Below are positions 19,673-28,443 of a stretch of 64,000 nucleotides of DNA, one piece after another. Each line of letters begins with the position of its first letter. Position 1 is the first letter of the stretch. Origin of the DNA: an uncultured Bacteroidia bacterium (GTDB lineage: Bacteria > CAIWAD01 > BS150m-G50); NCBI GenBank assembly GCA_964517435.1, contig CAZFEC010000008.1, positions 10 through 64,009 of the forward strand, in the 5' to 3' direction. Position numbers and translations under genes: made by a program. The notes beneath the pieces were generated by a model. That model worked only from the letters and a program-made list of their open reading frames with translations, made no database searches and was not told the DNA's origin.

Positions 19673-20026
19673 CGCGCGGTGCGGCCTGATCGTCCCAGTT
19701 CCCCACCAGGGCAACGGATGCGCCTGTCCAGCTGCTATCCTCACCGGAGCACATTTCTTTCAACCGTTGAAAAGCCTGTGCAGTCATCGGTTTGACGCAG
19801 CAGCGCTCTCTCCGTGGTTGGCATAGCCCTCTTGCGGCCGCTTTGTGATCGATTAAGCCTCACATCTGTTGCAGGAACAATACCATGCAGATAATTGCTC
19901 CCGCGCGGATGAATCCTCCTGCGAAAGCAAAACACCACCTCTCAACGCTGGCACGCATTTTGCCATAAGTCCTTTTTGAGAACCTGAAAGCTGTGTGACA
20001 GCACGTTTTAGAAAGAAGGAACTATC

Positions 20027-22189
20027 GTGATATATCGCGTTTTACTCATCGCTTCGCTGCTGCTGCCGGGAACGGCAAGCCTGGCGGCCATGCTGCATGC
20101 AAACATCGTCGACGAAGCGGGGCAGGGCATCCCCGGTGCCAATCTGGTGGTTGTTGGAAGCACCATCGGTACCGCCAGTGATCTGGAGGGTAGAGCCTAT
20201 CTGCACAACCTGCCGCCCGGCACCCATACCATCGAAGTCAGCTGCATCGGCTACGAAACCATAAGTGTTGAATACACCCTGAATGCCCCCGACATCCTGG
20301 AACCGGTTCTGGTGCTGAAGTCCACCGTGCTGGATCTGGAGGAGGTGGAGGTCAGCGGTCAGGCGCCGGACGGCCTCGATGTCCGCGGCACCCGCACCGT
20401 CGAGCGGATCTCGGGCGCTGATCTGCAGGCCGCTGCCGGCGGCGGCGGTGCCCTGGAGATAATCGGTGAAAGCAGCGGCGTGGATACGAAACCGTGCGGT
20501 CTCTGCGGGTCTTCCGGGGTTGGACTGCAGGGATTGGACCCCTCCTACACCGAGGTGCAGGTGGACGGGCTGGCTTTGCTCAGCGGCGTCGGTTCGCTCT
20601 ACGGCATGGAATCGATCCGAACGCAGGGACTGGCCGCGGTCGAACTGCAGCGGGGCAGCACCAATCCCGCCCAGGGCGGCAGTGCCATCGCCGGCAGCGT
20701 CAATCTGCAGAGTTCCCAGGTCGCGGAAACCGATACCCTGCAGTTGCATTTCGCGCTGGGTGACGGTTATCGTCATGAAACCGGCCTCACCATCGAGCGG
20801 CACCTGCTCCTGCCCACCCGGCTCGATCTAAACTGGTCGGCCGATCCGCTACGCCTGGATCGCGACGGCGACCGGCTTACGGACACTCCGCAACAGGGCC
20901 GGCTGCAGGGTCGCTTGGACCAGCGGGCGCGGATCCGCGACTCGCAGTGGAACTGGTCCCTGCGGGCGCTGGATGAAGCGCGTTTCGCCGGCGATGTTGA
21001 CTGGGAGACGAGCGATCGCGGCAGCGCGGCGGTCTACGGACGCGACATCCGGATCAAACGTCTGGAGGCTGTCCTGCACGGGAAATGGCGGGATGGCGGC
21101 GGCCGGGACTGGAAGCTGTCGCAGGCCTGGGTGGAGCACCGGCAGGACTCCTGGTACGGATCCACCGCCTTCGACGCGCAACAGCAGCGCGGCCTGTTCA
21201 AACTGGAGTCGGCGCTGAACGCGCTGGGTGGGCGGCACCGGCTGGAAACCGGCTACACCTGGGACCGCTACGATGACAATCTGAACCTGACGGAGGCGAC
21301 CGACCGCCTGGACCGGATTCCCCACTTTTTCTACGGACACGCCCGGCAGCTGGGATCCCAACTGGCGATCGACGGCGGTTTTCGCCTCGAGTACCATGCC
21401 GAGGATGGCCTGGTGCCGCTATTGCGCGGTGCCCTGCGCTGGCAATGGCACCCACAGTTCAGTATGCAGCTGGGCGCCGGACAGGCTTTCCGGCAGATCA
21501 CGCTGTTCAGTCTGGATAAGGCCGTTCACGCCGGTTTCGATGGTGTAACCCTGGCCCATGCGCTGAAACCGGAACGCTCCTTTGCTTTGAACTACGCGCT
21601 GAACTGGGAACAGGTGGGGCTGGCCGCCAGGTATCGCCTCAACCTGGGACTGTTCGCGACCGAATTCCGGGACAAGGCGATCCTGGCTTACACCGACGAG
21701 AACGGTATTGTGGAATACTCCAATGCGCAGGAAGCCTGGAGTCGCGGTTTCACCCTGGCCAAGGACTTCGCCTGGGTGAGCGGCTGGCACAGCCGGCTCA
21801 ACTACAGCTGGGCGCGCGTGCGCTATCTCCAGGACGGCAGCTGGCACGAGGAGCACATGGTGAACCGCTGGACCGCATCGGCACAGCTGGACTACGCTTT
21901 CCAGGCCGCGCAGGCGAGCGCCGGATTGAAGTGGAAATCCTTCGGGCCGCAGAAGCTGCCCGCCGGCAGGTCCCGCTCGGAATCCCCCGTCTGGCATACC
22001 CTGGATCTGACCCTGGCCAAGCGGTTCCTGAACTGGCAGGTTGGTTTCGATGTCGAGAACCTGCTGGATTGGACCCAACCAGATTCTCCCTTTATCCACA
22101 ACGAAGATGGGGAACTGATCGATTCGGCGTTGATCTACGGTCCGTTGATCGGACGGCGGCTGCGTCTCCGGCTCAATCTCGGCTGGTAA
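20027..22189 (+). CDS. TonB-dependent outer membrane receptor with N-terminal carboxypeptidase-regulatory-like domain
   Basis: GTG start with AGGA Shine-Dalgarno. Signal peptide, CarbopepD_reg-like N-terminal domain, plug, beta-barrel with a C-terminal aromatic residue (NLGW). Confidence 0.8.
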   Translation: MIYRVLLIASLLLPGTASLAAMLHANIVDEAGQGIPGANLVVVGSTIGTASDLEGRAYLHNLPPGTHTIEVSCIGYETISVEYTLNAPDILEPVLVLKSTVLDLEEVEVSGQAPDGLDVRGTRTVERISGADLQAAAGGGGALEIIGESSGVDTKPCGLCGSSGVGLQGLDPSYTEVQVDGLALLSGVGSLYGMESIRTQGLAAVELQRGSTNPAQGGSAIAGSVNLQSSQVAETDTLQLHFALGDGYRHETGLTIERHLLLPTRLDLNWSADPLRLDRDGDRLTDTPQQGRLQGRLDQRARIRDSQWNWSLRALDEARFAGDVDWETSDRGSAAVYGRDIRIKRLEAVLHGKWRDGGGRDWKLSQAWVEHRQDSWYGSTAFDAQQQRGLFKLESALNALGGRHRLETGYTWDRYDDNLNLTEATDRLDRIPHFFYGHARQLGSQLAIDGGFRLEYHAEDGLVPLLRGALRWQWHPQFSMQLGAGQAFRQITLFSLDKAVHAGFDGVTLAHALKPERSFALNYALNWEQVGLAARYRLNLGLFATEFRDKAILAYTDENGIVEYSNAQEAWSRGFTLAKDFAWVSGWHSRLNYSWARVRYLQDGSWHEEHMVNRWTASAQLDYAFQAAQASAGLKWKSFGPQKLPAGRSRSESPVWHTLDLTLAKRFLNWQVGFDVENLLDWTQPDSPFIHNEDGELIDSALIYGPLIGRRLRLRLNLGW

Positions 22190-22293
22190 AAAGGGTATAT
22201 TCCGTCTTTCCTCGCTGAGGGCGAAATGAACAGGAAAAATTCGCTAACTGTCCGCCAGTATACTATGTTTGTGATAACGGATAGGAGGTGAGC

Positions 22294-22602
22294 ATGAGCA
22301 TTAAGAAGCAGTTCCTGAAGACGAAACCGGTCTGCAAAGTGACCTTCAAGCTGCCGGCGAAAACAACCCAGCGAGCTGAAACGGTCCATCTGGTCGGCGA
22401 GTTCAATCATTGGACGACTAACGCCACGCCGATGCGGAAACTGAAAAGAGGGGGCTACAGCGCTACCCTGGAACTGGAAGTGGGCCGGGAATATCAATTC
22501 CGCTATCTCATCAACGGCGACGAATGGATCAACGATGGCGAGGCGGATAGATATGTTCCCACCGTTTATCCCAGCGTCGAGAATTCGGTCGTGAAGCTCT
22601 GA
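22294..22602 (+). CDS. Stand-alone CBM48 / glycogen-binding (isoamylase N-terminal / AMPK-beta-like) domain protein
   Basis: ATG 22294 preceded by GGAGG at 5 nt. VHLVGEFNHWT...YQFRYLINGDEWIND is the CBM48 signature. Confidence 0.65.
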   Translation: MSIKKQFLKTKPVCKVTFKLPAKTTQRAETVHLVGEFNHWTTNATPMRKLKRGGYSATLELEVGREYQFRYLINGDEWINDGEADRYVPTVYPSVENSVVKL

Positions 22603-22650
22603 AGGTGGTTTCATAGAACCACGAATGGACACGAATTGCTGAAATCGGGA

Positions 22651-22702
22651 GTCGGCCTCGGAATCGGAATTCGATTTCGATACCGATACCGATGCCGAAT
22701 CT
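22651..22702. repeat. Intergenic repeat: TCGGCCTCGGAATCGG core plus (CGATNC)n
   Basis: gtcggcctcggaatcggaattcgatttcgataccgataccgatgccgaatc; same family as 9595..9667. Confidence 0.6.
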
Positions 22703-22786
22703 CACATTCAACCACCAGTGTGTGTTCCTGTTTGTTCGTGATTAAAATGGGCAAACCTTGGAACTGATAAAAAACGGAGAACCGAG

Positions 22787-22969
22787 ATGGCTGACAGCAG
22801 ACAGACAGTGCTAAAAGCGATGAAGAAAGCCGGTAAACCGCTCAAGGCGGGCGAAGTGGCGGATTTGACCGGTTTGCCCAAGACCGAGGTTGACAAGCAG
22901 ATCAAGGTGCTGAAAGCGGACGGCGATATCATCTCCCCCAAGCGCTGCTTCTACGCGCCGGCGGAATAA
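22787..22969 (+). CDS. Small winged-helix (wHTH)-like protein, 60 aa
   Basis: GGAG Shine-Dalgarno at 7 nt. VLKAMKKAGKPLKAGEVADLTGLPKTEVDKQIKVLKADGDI fits a wHTH pattern. Flanked by inverted CGGAATCGGAAT(T)CGA repeats. Confidence 0.45.
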   Translation: MADSRQTVLKAMKKAGKPLKAGEVADLTGLPKTEVDKQIKVLKADGDIISPKRCFYAPAE

Positions 22970-23052
22970 ACATGCGCGGGGAATCGGCAGCCGGCTCCCC
23001 GCTTTTCTCATAATCCCTCCCCATCGTCTCCTCTATATCCAAACCGCACAGT

Positions 23053-23067
23053 CGATTCCGATTCCGG
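23053..23067. repeat. Inverted copy of the CGGAATCGGAATCGA repeat
   Basis: tcgattccgattccg is the reverse complement of cggaatcggaat(t)cga at 22659..22674. Confidence 0.5.
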
Positions 23068-23223
23068 TACCTTCCCTGCGATGTTGATACATTCTCCGTC
23101 CCTTTTGCAGAACTTCCACCGGGTGAGATAATCGATTTCTTCGTTCCCCCCCGCGAGGATTATCGCTAACGTGCCTGCTGTAAGCCACCCAGTCACCGGG
23201 GCGCGAGATCAGAGCCGAGGATC

Positions 23224-24039
23224 GTGGACAGGACGACAATCACCGCAGAGCTGCACCGCTTCATTACCCGCTATCAGCGGGAGCAACCGGTGTCTACGCA
23301 TTGGCGGGAGCTGCTGACCGGTTTCGCCGCCGCCGCTGATCCGCTGTTCCGCGAACTGAAGCAGGTTGCCACTTCCGATCATCTGCTGCCGGAGGAACTG
23401 CTGACGGGCGCCCGTACGGTCATCGTTTTCTTTATCCCGTTCGCGGAGGAAATCGCCCGCAGCAACATCGAGGGGCAGGCAGCCTCGCCGCACTGGGCGC
23501 GGGCCTACCTGGAAACCAAGGTGCTGATCCAGGCCGCCGGCCGGCACTTGCAGCGCTACCTCACCGCGGCGGGGGAGCGCGCCATAGAAACGTCACCAGC
23601 GCAGGACTACGATCGGCAGCGGCTGGTCAGCAACTGGTCGCAGCGGCATGTCGCCTTTGTGGCCGGGCTCGGTCGTTTCGGCCTCAACCGGATGTTGATT
23701 ACACCGGCTGGCTGTTGCGGGCGCCTGGGCAGCGTGATCACCTCACTGGAACTGCCGCCGGACCGGCGATCCGATACGGAAGCGTGTCTCTATCACTTCG
23801 ACCGTTCCTGTCAACACTGTCTGAACCGCTGTCCCGGTCAGGCGTTGGGGGTGGCAAGCTTTGACCGTCACCGTTGCCACCGCATCTGCCACAGCAATGA
23901 GGTGGAGTTTGATGCGCTCGGCAGGGCCGTCGTCTGCGGGAAATGCCTGGTGGATGTTCCCTGCACCTTCCGTGATCCGGTGCGGGTGAAGCTGGATTCG
24001 GGTCGGGAAGATTGCGAAACAACAGGAGCTCAGGCATGA
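23224..24039 (+). CDS. 4Fe-4S dicluster protein, epoxyqueuosine reductase (QueG)-like
   Basis: Two Cys clusters (C-x7-C-x2-C-x3-CP and C-x3-C...CGKC...C). AGLGRFGLNRMLITP resembles QueG AGLGWIGKNxLLI. GTG start. Confidence 0.45.
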   Translation: MDRTTITAELHRFITRYQREQPVSTHWRELLTGFAAAADPLFRELKQVATSDHLLPEELLTGARTVIVFFIPFAEEIARSNIEGQAASPHWARAYLETKVLIQAAGRHLQRYLTAAGERAIETSPAQDYDRQRLVSNWSQRHVAFVAGLGRFGLNRMLITPAGCCGRLGSVITSLELPPDRRSDTEACLYHFDRSCQHCLNRCPGQALGVASFDRHRCHRICHSNEVEFDALGRAVVCGKCLVDVPCTFRDPVRVKLDSGREDCETTGAQA

Positions 24040-25037
24040 TCAAGGCATACGCGGCACTGGAACCTGGCAGGGAACTCACACCTTTCGAATACGATCCAGG
24101 CGGACTGAAGCCTGAAGAGGTGGAAATCGATGTCCACTACTGCGGCATCTGTCACAGCGACCTGAGCGTAATCGATAACGCCTGGGGTGGCACCCTCTAT
24201 CCCGTCGTGCCGGGGCACGAGGTGGCCGGCGTGATTGCCGCCATCGGTGATGAGGTTACGCGGCTGGCGGTCGGGCAGCGGGTTGGTCTGGGCTGGCACG
24301 CCGGCTACTGCAACAACTGTCCGCAGTGCCGGAGCGGCGACCACAACCTTTGCGGCGACTCCACGGCGACTATTGTCGGGCATCACGGCGGTTTCGCCGA
24401 CAAAGTGCGCGCGGCCGCTAACAGCGTCATACCGATCCCGGATGGTATCGATCTGGCGACCGCCGGTCCGCTGTTCTGCGGCGGTATCACCGTCTTCAAT
24501 CCCCTCGTACAGTACGCCGTCCGACCCACCGACCAGGTGGCGGTGATCGGTATCGGCGGCCTGGGCCATCTGGCTCTGCAGTTCCTCAACGCCTGGGGCT
24601 GTAAAGTAACCGCATTCACCTCCAGCGCGGCCAAGCAGCGGGAAGTACTGCAGCTGGGCGCCCACCACAGCCTCGATTCCCGTGATCCGGAAGCGATCGC
24701 GACGGCTGCCGGCCGTTTCGACCTGATCATCTCCACGGTAAATGTCAAACTGGATTGGGATCTCTATCTGAGTACGCTCAAACCACGCGGCCGCCTGCAC
24801 CTGGTGGGGGCGGTGCTGGATCCCCTCGACATCCACGCGTTTTCACTGGTCATCGGTCAGCGCTCGCTGTCCGGGTCACCGGTGGGCAGTCCGGCTACCA
24901 TGGCCAGGATGCTTGAGTTCGTCCGCCGCCATGATATCAAACCGGTTGTCGAACTGTTTAAGTTCGCTGAGGTCAATGAGGCGATCGCCAGGCTGCGGAG
25001 TGGCCGGACGCAGTACCGCATCGTGCTGCATCACTGA
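24036..25037 (+). CDS. Zinc-dependent alcohol dehydrogenase, NADP-dependent (YahK/cinnamyl-ADH-like)
   Basis: GICHSDL catalytic Zn motif, structural Zn Cys cluster (CNNCPQCRSGDHNLC), Rossmann GIGGLGH. ATG 24036 overlaps the previous stop (ATGA). Confidence 0.85.
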   Translation: MIKAYAALEPGRELTPFEYDPGGLKPEEVEIDVHYCGICHSDLSVIDNAWGGTLYPVVPGHEVAGVIAAIGDEVTRLAVGQRVGLGWHAGYCNNCPQCRSGDHNLCGDSTATIVGHHGGFADKVRAAANSVIPIPDGIDLATAGPLFCGGITVFNPLVQYAVRPTDQVAVIGIGGLGHLALQFLNAWGCKVTAFTSSAAKQREVLQLGAHHSLDSRDPEAIATAAGRFDLIISTVNVKLDWDLYLSTLKPRGRLHLVGAVLDPLDIHAFSLVIGQRSLSGSPVGSPATMARMLEFVRRHDIKPVVELFKFAEVNEAIARLRSGRTQYRIVLHH

Positions 25038-25060
25038 TACGGAGCTGCGGCGAAAGGAAG

Positions 25061-26608
25061 ATGGAGAGTCTTATGGAATCGAGTATAAGGAACCGGATCG
25101 CCTGTTTCTTTTTGGTCGGTATGATCAGTAGTTGCTTCGCAACCTCCGTCGGCGCGGAAGTGGAAGCGGACCGATTCGAGTTGCTCCGCGCTCATATCCA
25201 AACCTGGCTGGCCGGCGTGGAGCGTGAGGAGCTACTCATAACCTCAGCCGCACTGCAGGAAGAGATTGCGGCCGACTGGTCCCGGCAGCGCGAGCACTAC
25301 CAGATCATCAGCGTACGCTGGCCCGAGCACTACCATACTGCCGGACATATCCCGCGGGCTGAGAACATTTACTGGGTCGACCTGATGCAGGCGGAGAACC
25401 TGGAGAGGCTCGAGCGAGATAAAATGCAGATACTCTACTGCTACTACGGACACGGCAGCATGATCTCCGCCGTCATGCTGAACCTGCTCGGGATCGAGTC
25501 GCGTAGCCTTGACGGAGGCATGATGACCTGGAATGAGGAAGCCATGGTGAAGGAACCCTGGGACCGGGAAGCGGATTACGCAGTTGAGACGACCTACCGC
25601 CAGCCGGTCGTCGGCTATTCATTGCCAGAACTATCGGGTGAGGCCATCACGATCACTGAGTTGGTGACCGAGCGGGCCTGGGCCTACCTGGGCGGGGAGG
25701 GATCGCCCGTGATCCAGGCGGCGGCGCTCAAGGAGATCGTCGACGTTTGGGAAGAGCGGGGGGGAGACTACCAGATCGTCGATGTGAGATTGAAAGCGGA
25801 ATACGCAGATGGTCATGTTCCGTATGCCCTGCACATCCCCTGGCGATCACTGGCCGACCTTGTATCACTAGGGCGCCTCGATCCCGCCAAAACCGCGATC
25901 GTATACTCCTACAACGGTCAACTGGGGCAGATGGCGGCAACGCTGCTCAACCTGCTTGGGTATCCGTCGGTCAACCTGCTGTTCGGTATGCTGGACTGGA
26001 ACCTGGCTCAGGTAGCGGAGGAATACTATTGGAAGACCGCAGCCGGGTACCCGATCAAGGGAGCTGGAATCAAGATAGACCGTACTACCATTACGCCGGC
26101 AGTTACAGCAAGTCAATCTGAGGAGGCTGAGATGAGTTTGACGATTACCTCCAGCGCCTTCGAACCGGGTGGTGAGATCCCCGCCCGTTACACCTGTGAT
26201 GGAGAGGATGTTTCTCCGCCGCTCACCTGGACGGGCATCCCGGACGGAGCGCAGAGTCTGGTGCTGGTTGTCGACGACCCAGACGCGCCCGACCCGGAGG
26301 CGCCGCGGATGACCTGGGTGCACTGGGTGCTGTACAACCTGCCGCCTGACGCGAAAGGTTTACCGGAGGCGGTCACGAGCGACGACCTGCCGGTTGGCAC
26401 GCGGGAGGGACTCAACGACTGGAAGCGTACCGGCTACGGCGGACCCTGCCCGCCTATCGGCCGTCATCGTTACTTCCACAAGCTCTACGCGCTCGATCAA
26501 CAGCTGCCGGACCTGGGCGCGGCGACCAAGACGGAGCTGGAAGCGGCGATCTCGGGACACATCCTCGGGATGGCGGAGCTGGTGGGAACCTGCGAGCGGA
26601 CGCGCTAG
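25061..26608 (+). CDS. Fusion protein: two rhodanese-like domains plus C-terminal YbhB/YbcL (PEBP/RKIP) domain
   Basis: N-terminal signal peptide. First rhodanese domain has a Cys (ILYCYYGHG), second has none. C-terminal 160 aa resemble YbhB/YbcL (CPPIGRHRYFHKLYALD). Internal AGGAGG-N5-ATG at 26132 lies in-frame at the domain boundary. Confidence 0.7.
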   Translation: MESLMESSIRNRIACFFLVGMISSCFATSVGAEVEADRFELLRAHIQTWLAGVEREELLITSAALQEEIAADWSRQREHYQIISVRWPEHYHTAGHIPRAENIYWVDLMQAENLERLERDKMQILYCYYGHGSMISAVMLNLLGIESRSLDGGMMTWNEEAMVKEPWDREADYAVETTYRQPVVGYSLPELSGEAITITELVTERAWAYLGGEGSPVIQAAALKEIVDVWEERGGDYQIVDVRLKAEYADGHVPYALHIPWRSLADLVSLGRLDPAKTAIVYSYNGQLGQMAATLLNLLGYPSVNLLFGMLDWNLAQVAEEYYWKTAAGYPIKGAGIKIDRTTITPAVTASQSEEAEMSLTITSSAFEPGGEIPARYTCDGEDVSPPLTWTGIPDGAQSLVLVVDDPDAPDPEAPRMTWVHWVLYNLPPDAKGLPEAVTSDDLPVGTREGLNDWKRTGYGGPCPPIGRHRYFHKLYALDQQLPDLGAATKTELEAAISGHILGMAELVGTCERTR

Positions 26609-26637
26609 CCAGGAAACAACAGTCAAGGGGTACGACC

Positions 26638-27009
26638 ATGTTCAACCGTATCGGCGCCCTAGCGGTCTACGTAACGGACAAGGAGCGGGCCAAGGAGTTC
26701 TATACTGAAATACTCCGCTTTGAAATCGTGGTCGATCTGGGGCCGGAACTCTGTTTCCTGAGATCACCGCACGGCGCTATCGACATCTATCTCGAGGGAG
26801 GCAAGCAGGCGACGGCAACCACTGAGAAAAGCTGTCGTCTCAGCTTCTTCCTGCATGCCGAAGAACCGGTCGCCACTGTTTTCGCCTCGCTGCGGGATGC
26901 GGGAGTGCGGCTGCTTCAGGATGAACCGCAAGCTGTTGATGACGCAACCGCCTGTTTCCAGCTGCTCGACCCGGACGGAAACATCATCGAGATTTGCGGG
27001 CCGCGCTGA
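26638..27009 (+). CDS. VOC family (glyoxalase/bleomycin-resistance) protein
   Basis: 123 aa with VOC beta-alpha-beta3 layout (ALAVYVTD...FEIV). Confidence 0.75.
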   Translation: MFNRIGALAVYVTDKERAKEFYTEILRFEIVVDLGPELCFLRSPHGAIDIYLEGGKQATATTEKSCRLSFFLHAEEPVATVFASLRDAGVRLLQDEPQAVDDATACFQLLDPDGNIIEICGPR

Positions 27010-27076
27010 ACCGAACAGCTCTACCAGTTGAAAGCAATACTGGAAGGGGAGAACAGAGCACTTGGGAAGGAATAAT

Positions 27077-27115
27077 ACCGCGGTATCTGCGCTGGTTCGC
27101 GGTAAATTTTTCTTC
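27077..27115 (+). terminator. Putative intrinsic terminator
   Basis: ACCGCG-N15-CGCGGT stem followed by AAATTTTTCTT, about 70 nt after the VOC stop. Confidence 0.4.
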
Positions 27116-27275
27116 GTCTCATTTTGACACGAAAAAAGGTATCACTGCCTGCATCTGTTAACTAGGTTGTAGCCTAATCCACCCGGCCGACTCCTGCAAA
27201 CGGGTTGCAAAGTCGCTCCTGCCGGTGTGGATGCTCTCGAATAATCATAGCACATCCCATAGAAAAGGAGTGATG

Positions 27276-27746
27276 ATGTCACTATTGATCGCCGATAACC
27301 TGGTTGTCACCCTGCACTACAAATTAACCGATGACAGCGGCACGGTTCTGGATAGCTCGGAGGAATCTACACCGCTGGACTATCTCCACGGTGCCGGCAA
27401 TATCATACCCGGCTTGGAAAAAGCACTTACGGGCAAAGTAACCGGAGACACGCTGCAGGTGAAGGTGGAACCTGCCGAGGCCTACGGTGATGTCGTTCCG
27501 GAACTGATCAGAACCGTCAACAAGGCTGCTTTCCAGGGCGTCGAAACGGTCGAAATCGGTATGACTTTTGAAGCCAAGGGACCGGACGGATCAGTACATC
27601 AAGTGGTAGTGAAGGAAATCGAGGGTGATGATGTCATCATCGATGCCAATCACCCGCTTGCCGGCGTCGCTCTGAATTTCGATATTCAGATTGTCAATGT
27701 GCGAGAAGCGACGGAAACTGAGATCAGCAACGGGCGAGTGAACTAG
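27276..27746 (+). CDS. slyD: FKBP-type peptidyl-prolyl cis-trans isomerase, SlyD-like
   Basis: ATG 27276 sits 5 nt after AAAGGAG. LVVTLHYKLTDDSGTVLDSS...LDYLHGAGNIIPGLEKAL is the SlyD FKBP/IF-domain signature. Confidence 0.75.
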   Translation: MSLLIADNLVVTLHYKLTDDSGTVLDSSEESTPLDYLHGAGNIIPGLEKALTGKVTGDTLQVKVEPAEAYGDVVPELIRTVNKAAFQGVETVEIGMTFEAKGPDGSVHQVVVKEIEGDDVIIDANHPLAGVALNFDIQIVNVREATETEISNGRVN

Positions 27747-27851
27747 GAGCGGCCGGACCAGGTTCCTCTTCCGGAATCCATCTTCAGATCGCAACAGCCG
27801 TTTCTGCGCTGCTACCAGCTGTTTTCACGAACGGAATCTGAAGGGAGTACC

Positions 27852-28262
27852 ATGTCGCACATAACGACTGATCAGTTTACCCGACGTTTTGCGCAGATCG
27901 TCATCAGTGGCAACACCCTGCCCAAGAAGCAGCTGGATCGTCACATCATGCTGCTGAGTACGACGCTAAGTTTCGAAACGGACAGAATTTACGCGGAACC
28001 GGAGCTGAACCGCCTGCTGCGTGTCTGGACCGATAGTTTCGGTGAGAACATCGGTCTGGATCATGTGACGCTGCGACGGCTGCTCGTGGATGAGCGCTAT
28101 CTGCGGCGCGATCCGGCCGGCACCGGCTATCAGTTAGCGATGGACTTGATCCCCTATACTTTTGATAATGCGATAAATACGCTCGACCTCCAGGTCGTGA
28201 TCGACCAGGCAATTCTGGAAAGAGAGCAACGCAAACAGCAGCATCTGGCTGGAGGTAGATAG
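27852..28262 (+). CDS. DUF2087-like domain protein
   Basis: 136 aa; family assigned by recalled resemblance only. Confidence 0.45.
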   Translation: MSHITTDQFTRRFAQIVISGNTLPKKQLDRHIMLLSTTLSFETDRIYAEPELNRLLRVWTDSFGENIGLDHVTLRRLLVDERYLRRDPAGTGYQLAMDLIPYTFDNAINTLDLQVVIDQAILEREQRKQQHLAGGR

Positions 28263-28443
28263 AATCCCGCCGCGGCATTTCTAAGCTTGTCTCAAAAGCC
28301 CGGAATCACTACATTGCCAGTGTAGGCAGATGTTCAGATTTCCTCTCCCCTGGGCTCAATAAACAAAAATAATCGTTTTAACAACTAAAATATGCGCCAC
28401 AAGCGCTAATAGGGCGACTCGCGTTCGCCGGGAGGGACTCTTG

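Noticed and set aside
19673-20026. Cobalamin or other riboswitch upstream of the TonB-dependent receptor
   Set aside because: No B12-box-like GCCACTG/AGYCMGG core or other recognisable riboswitch consensus was found by eye. It cannot be excluded without an Infernal search.
25021-25045. cacTGAtacgg at the alcohol dehydrogenase stop as another GTGATACA-type box
   Set aside because: It reads CTGATACG and is not a match to the octamer or the 7-mer. It was counted out of the statistics.
26132-26608. Calling the PEBP domain as a separate gene from the rhodanese domains
   Set aside because: There is no stop codon between them. The single continuous frame means fusion is the default. The internal Shine-Dalgarno/ATG is reported as a finding instead.
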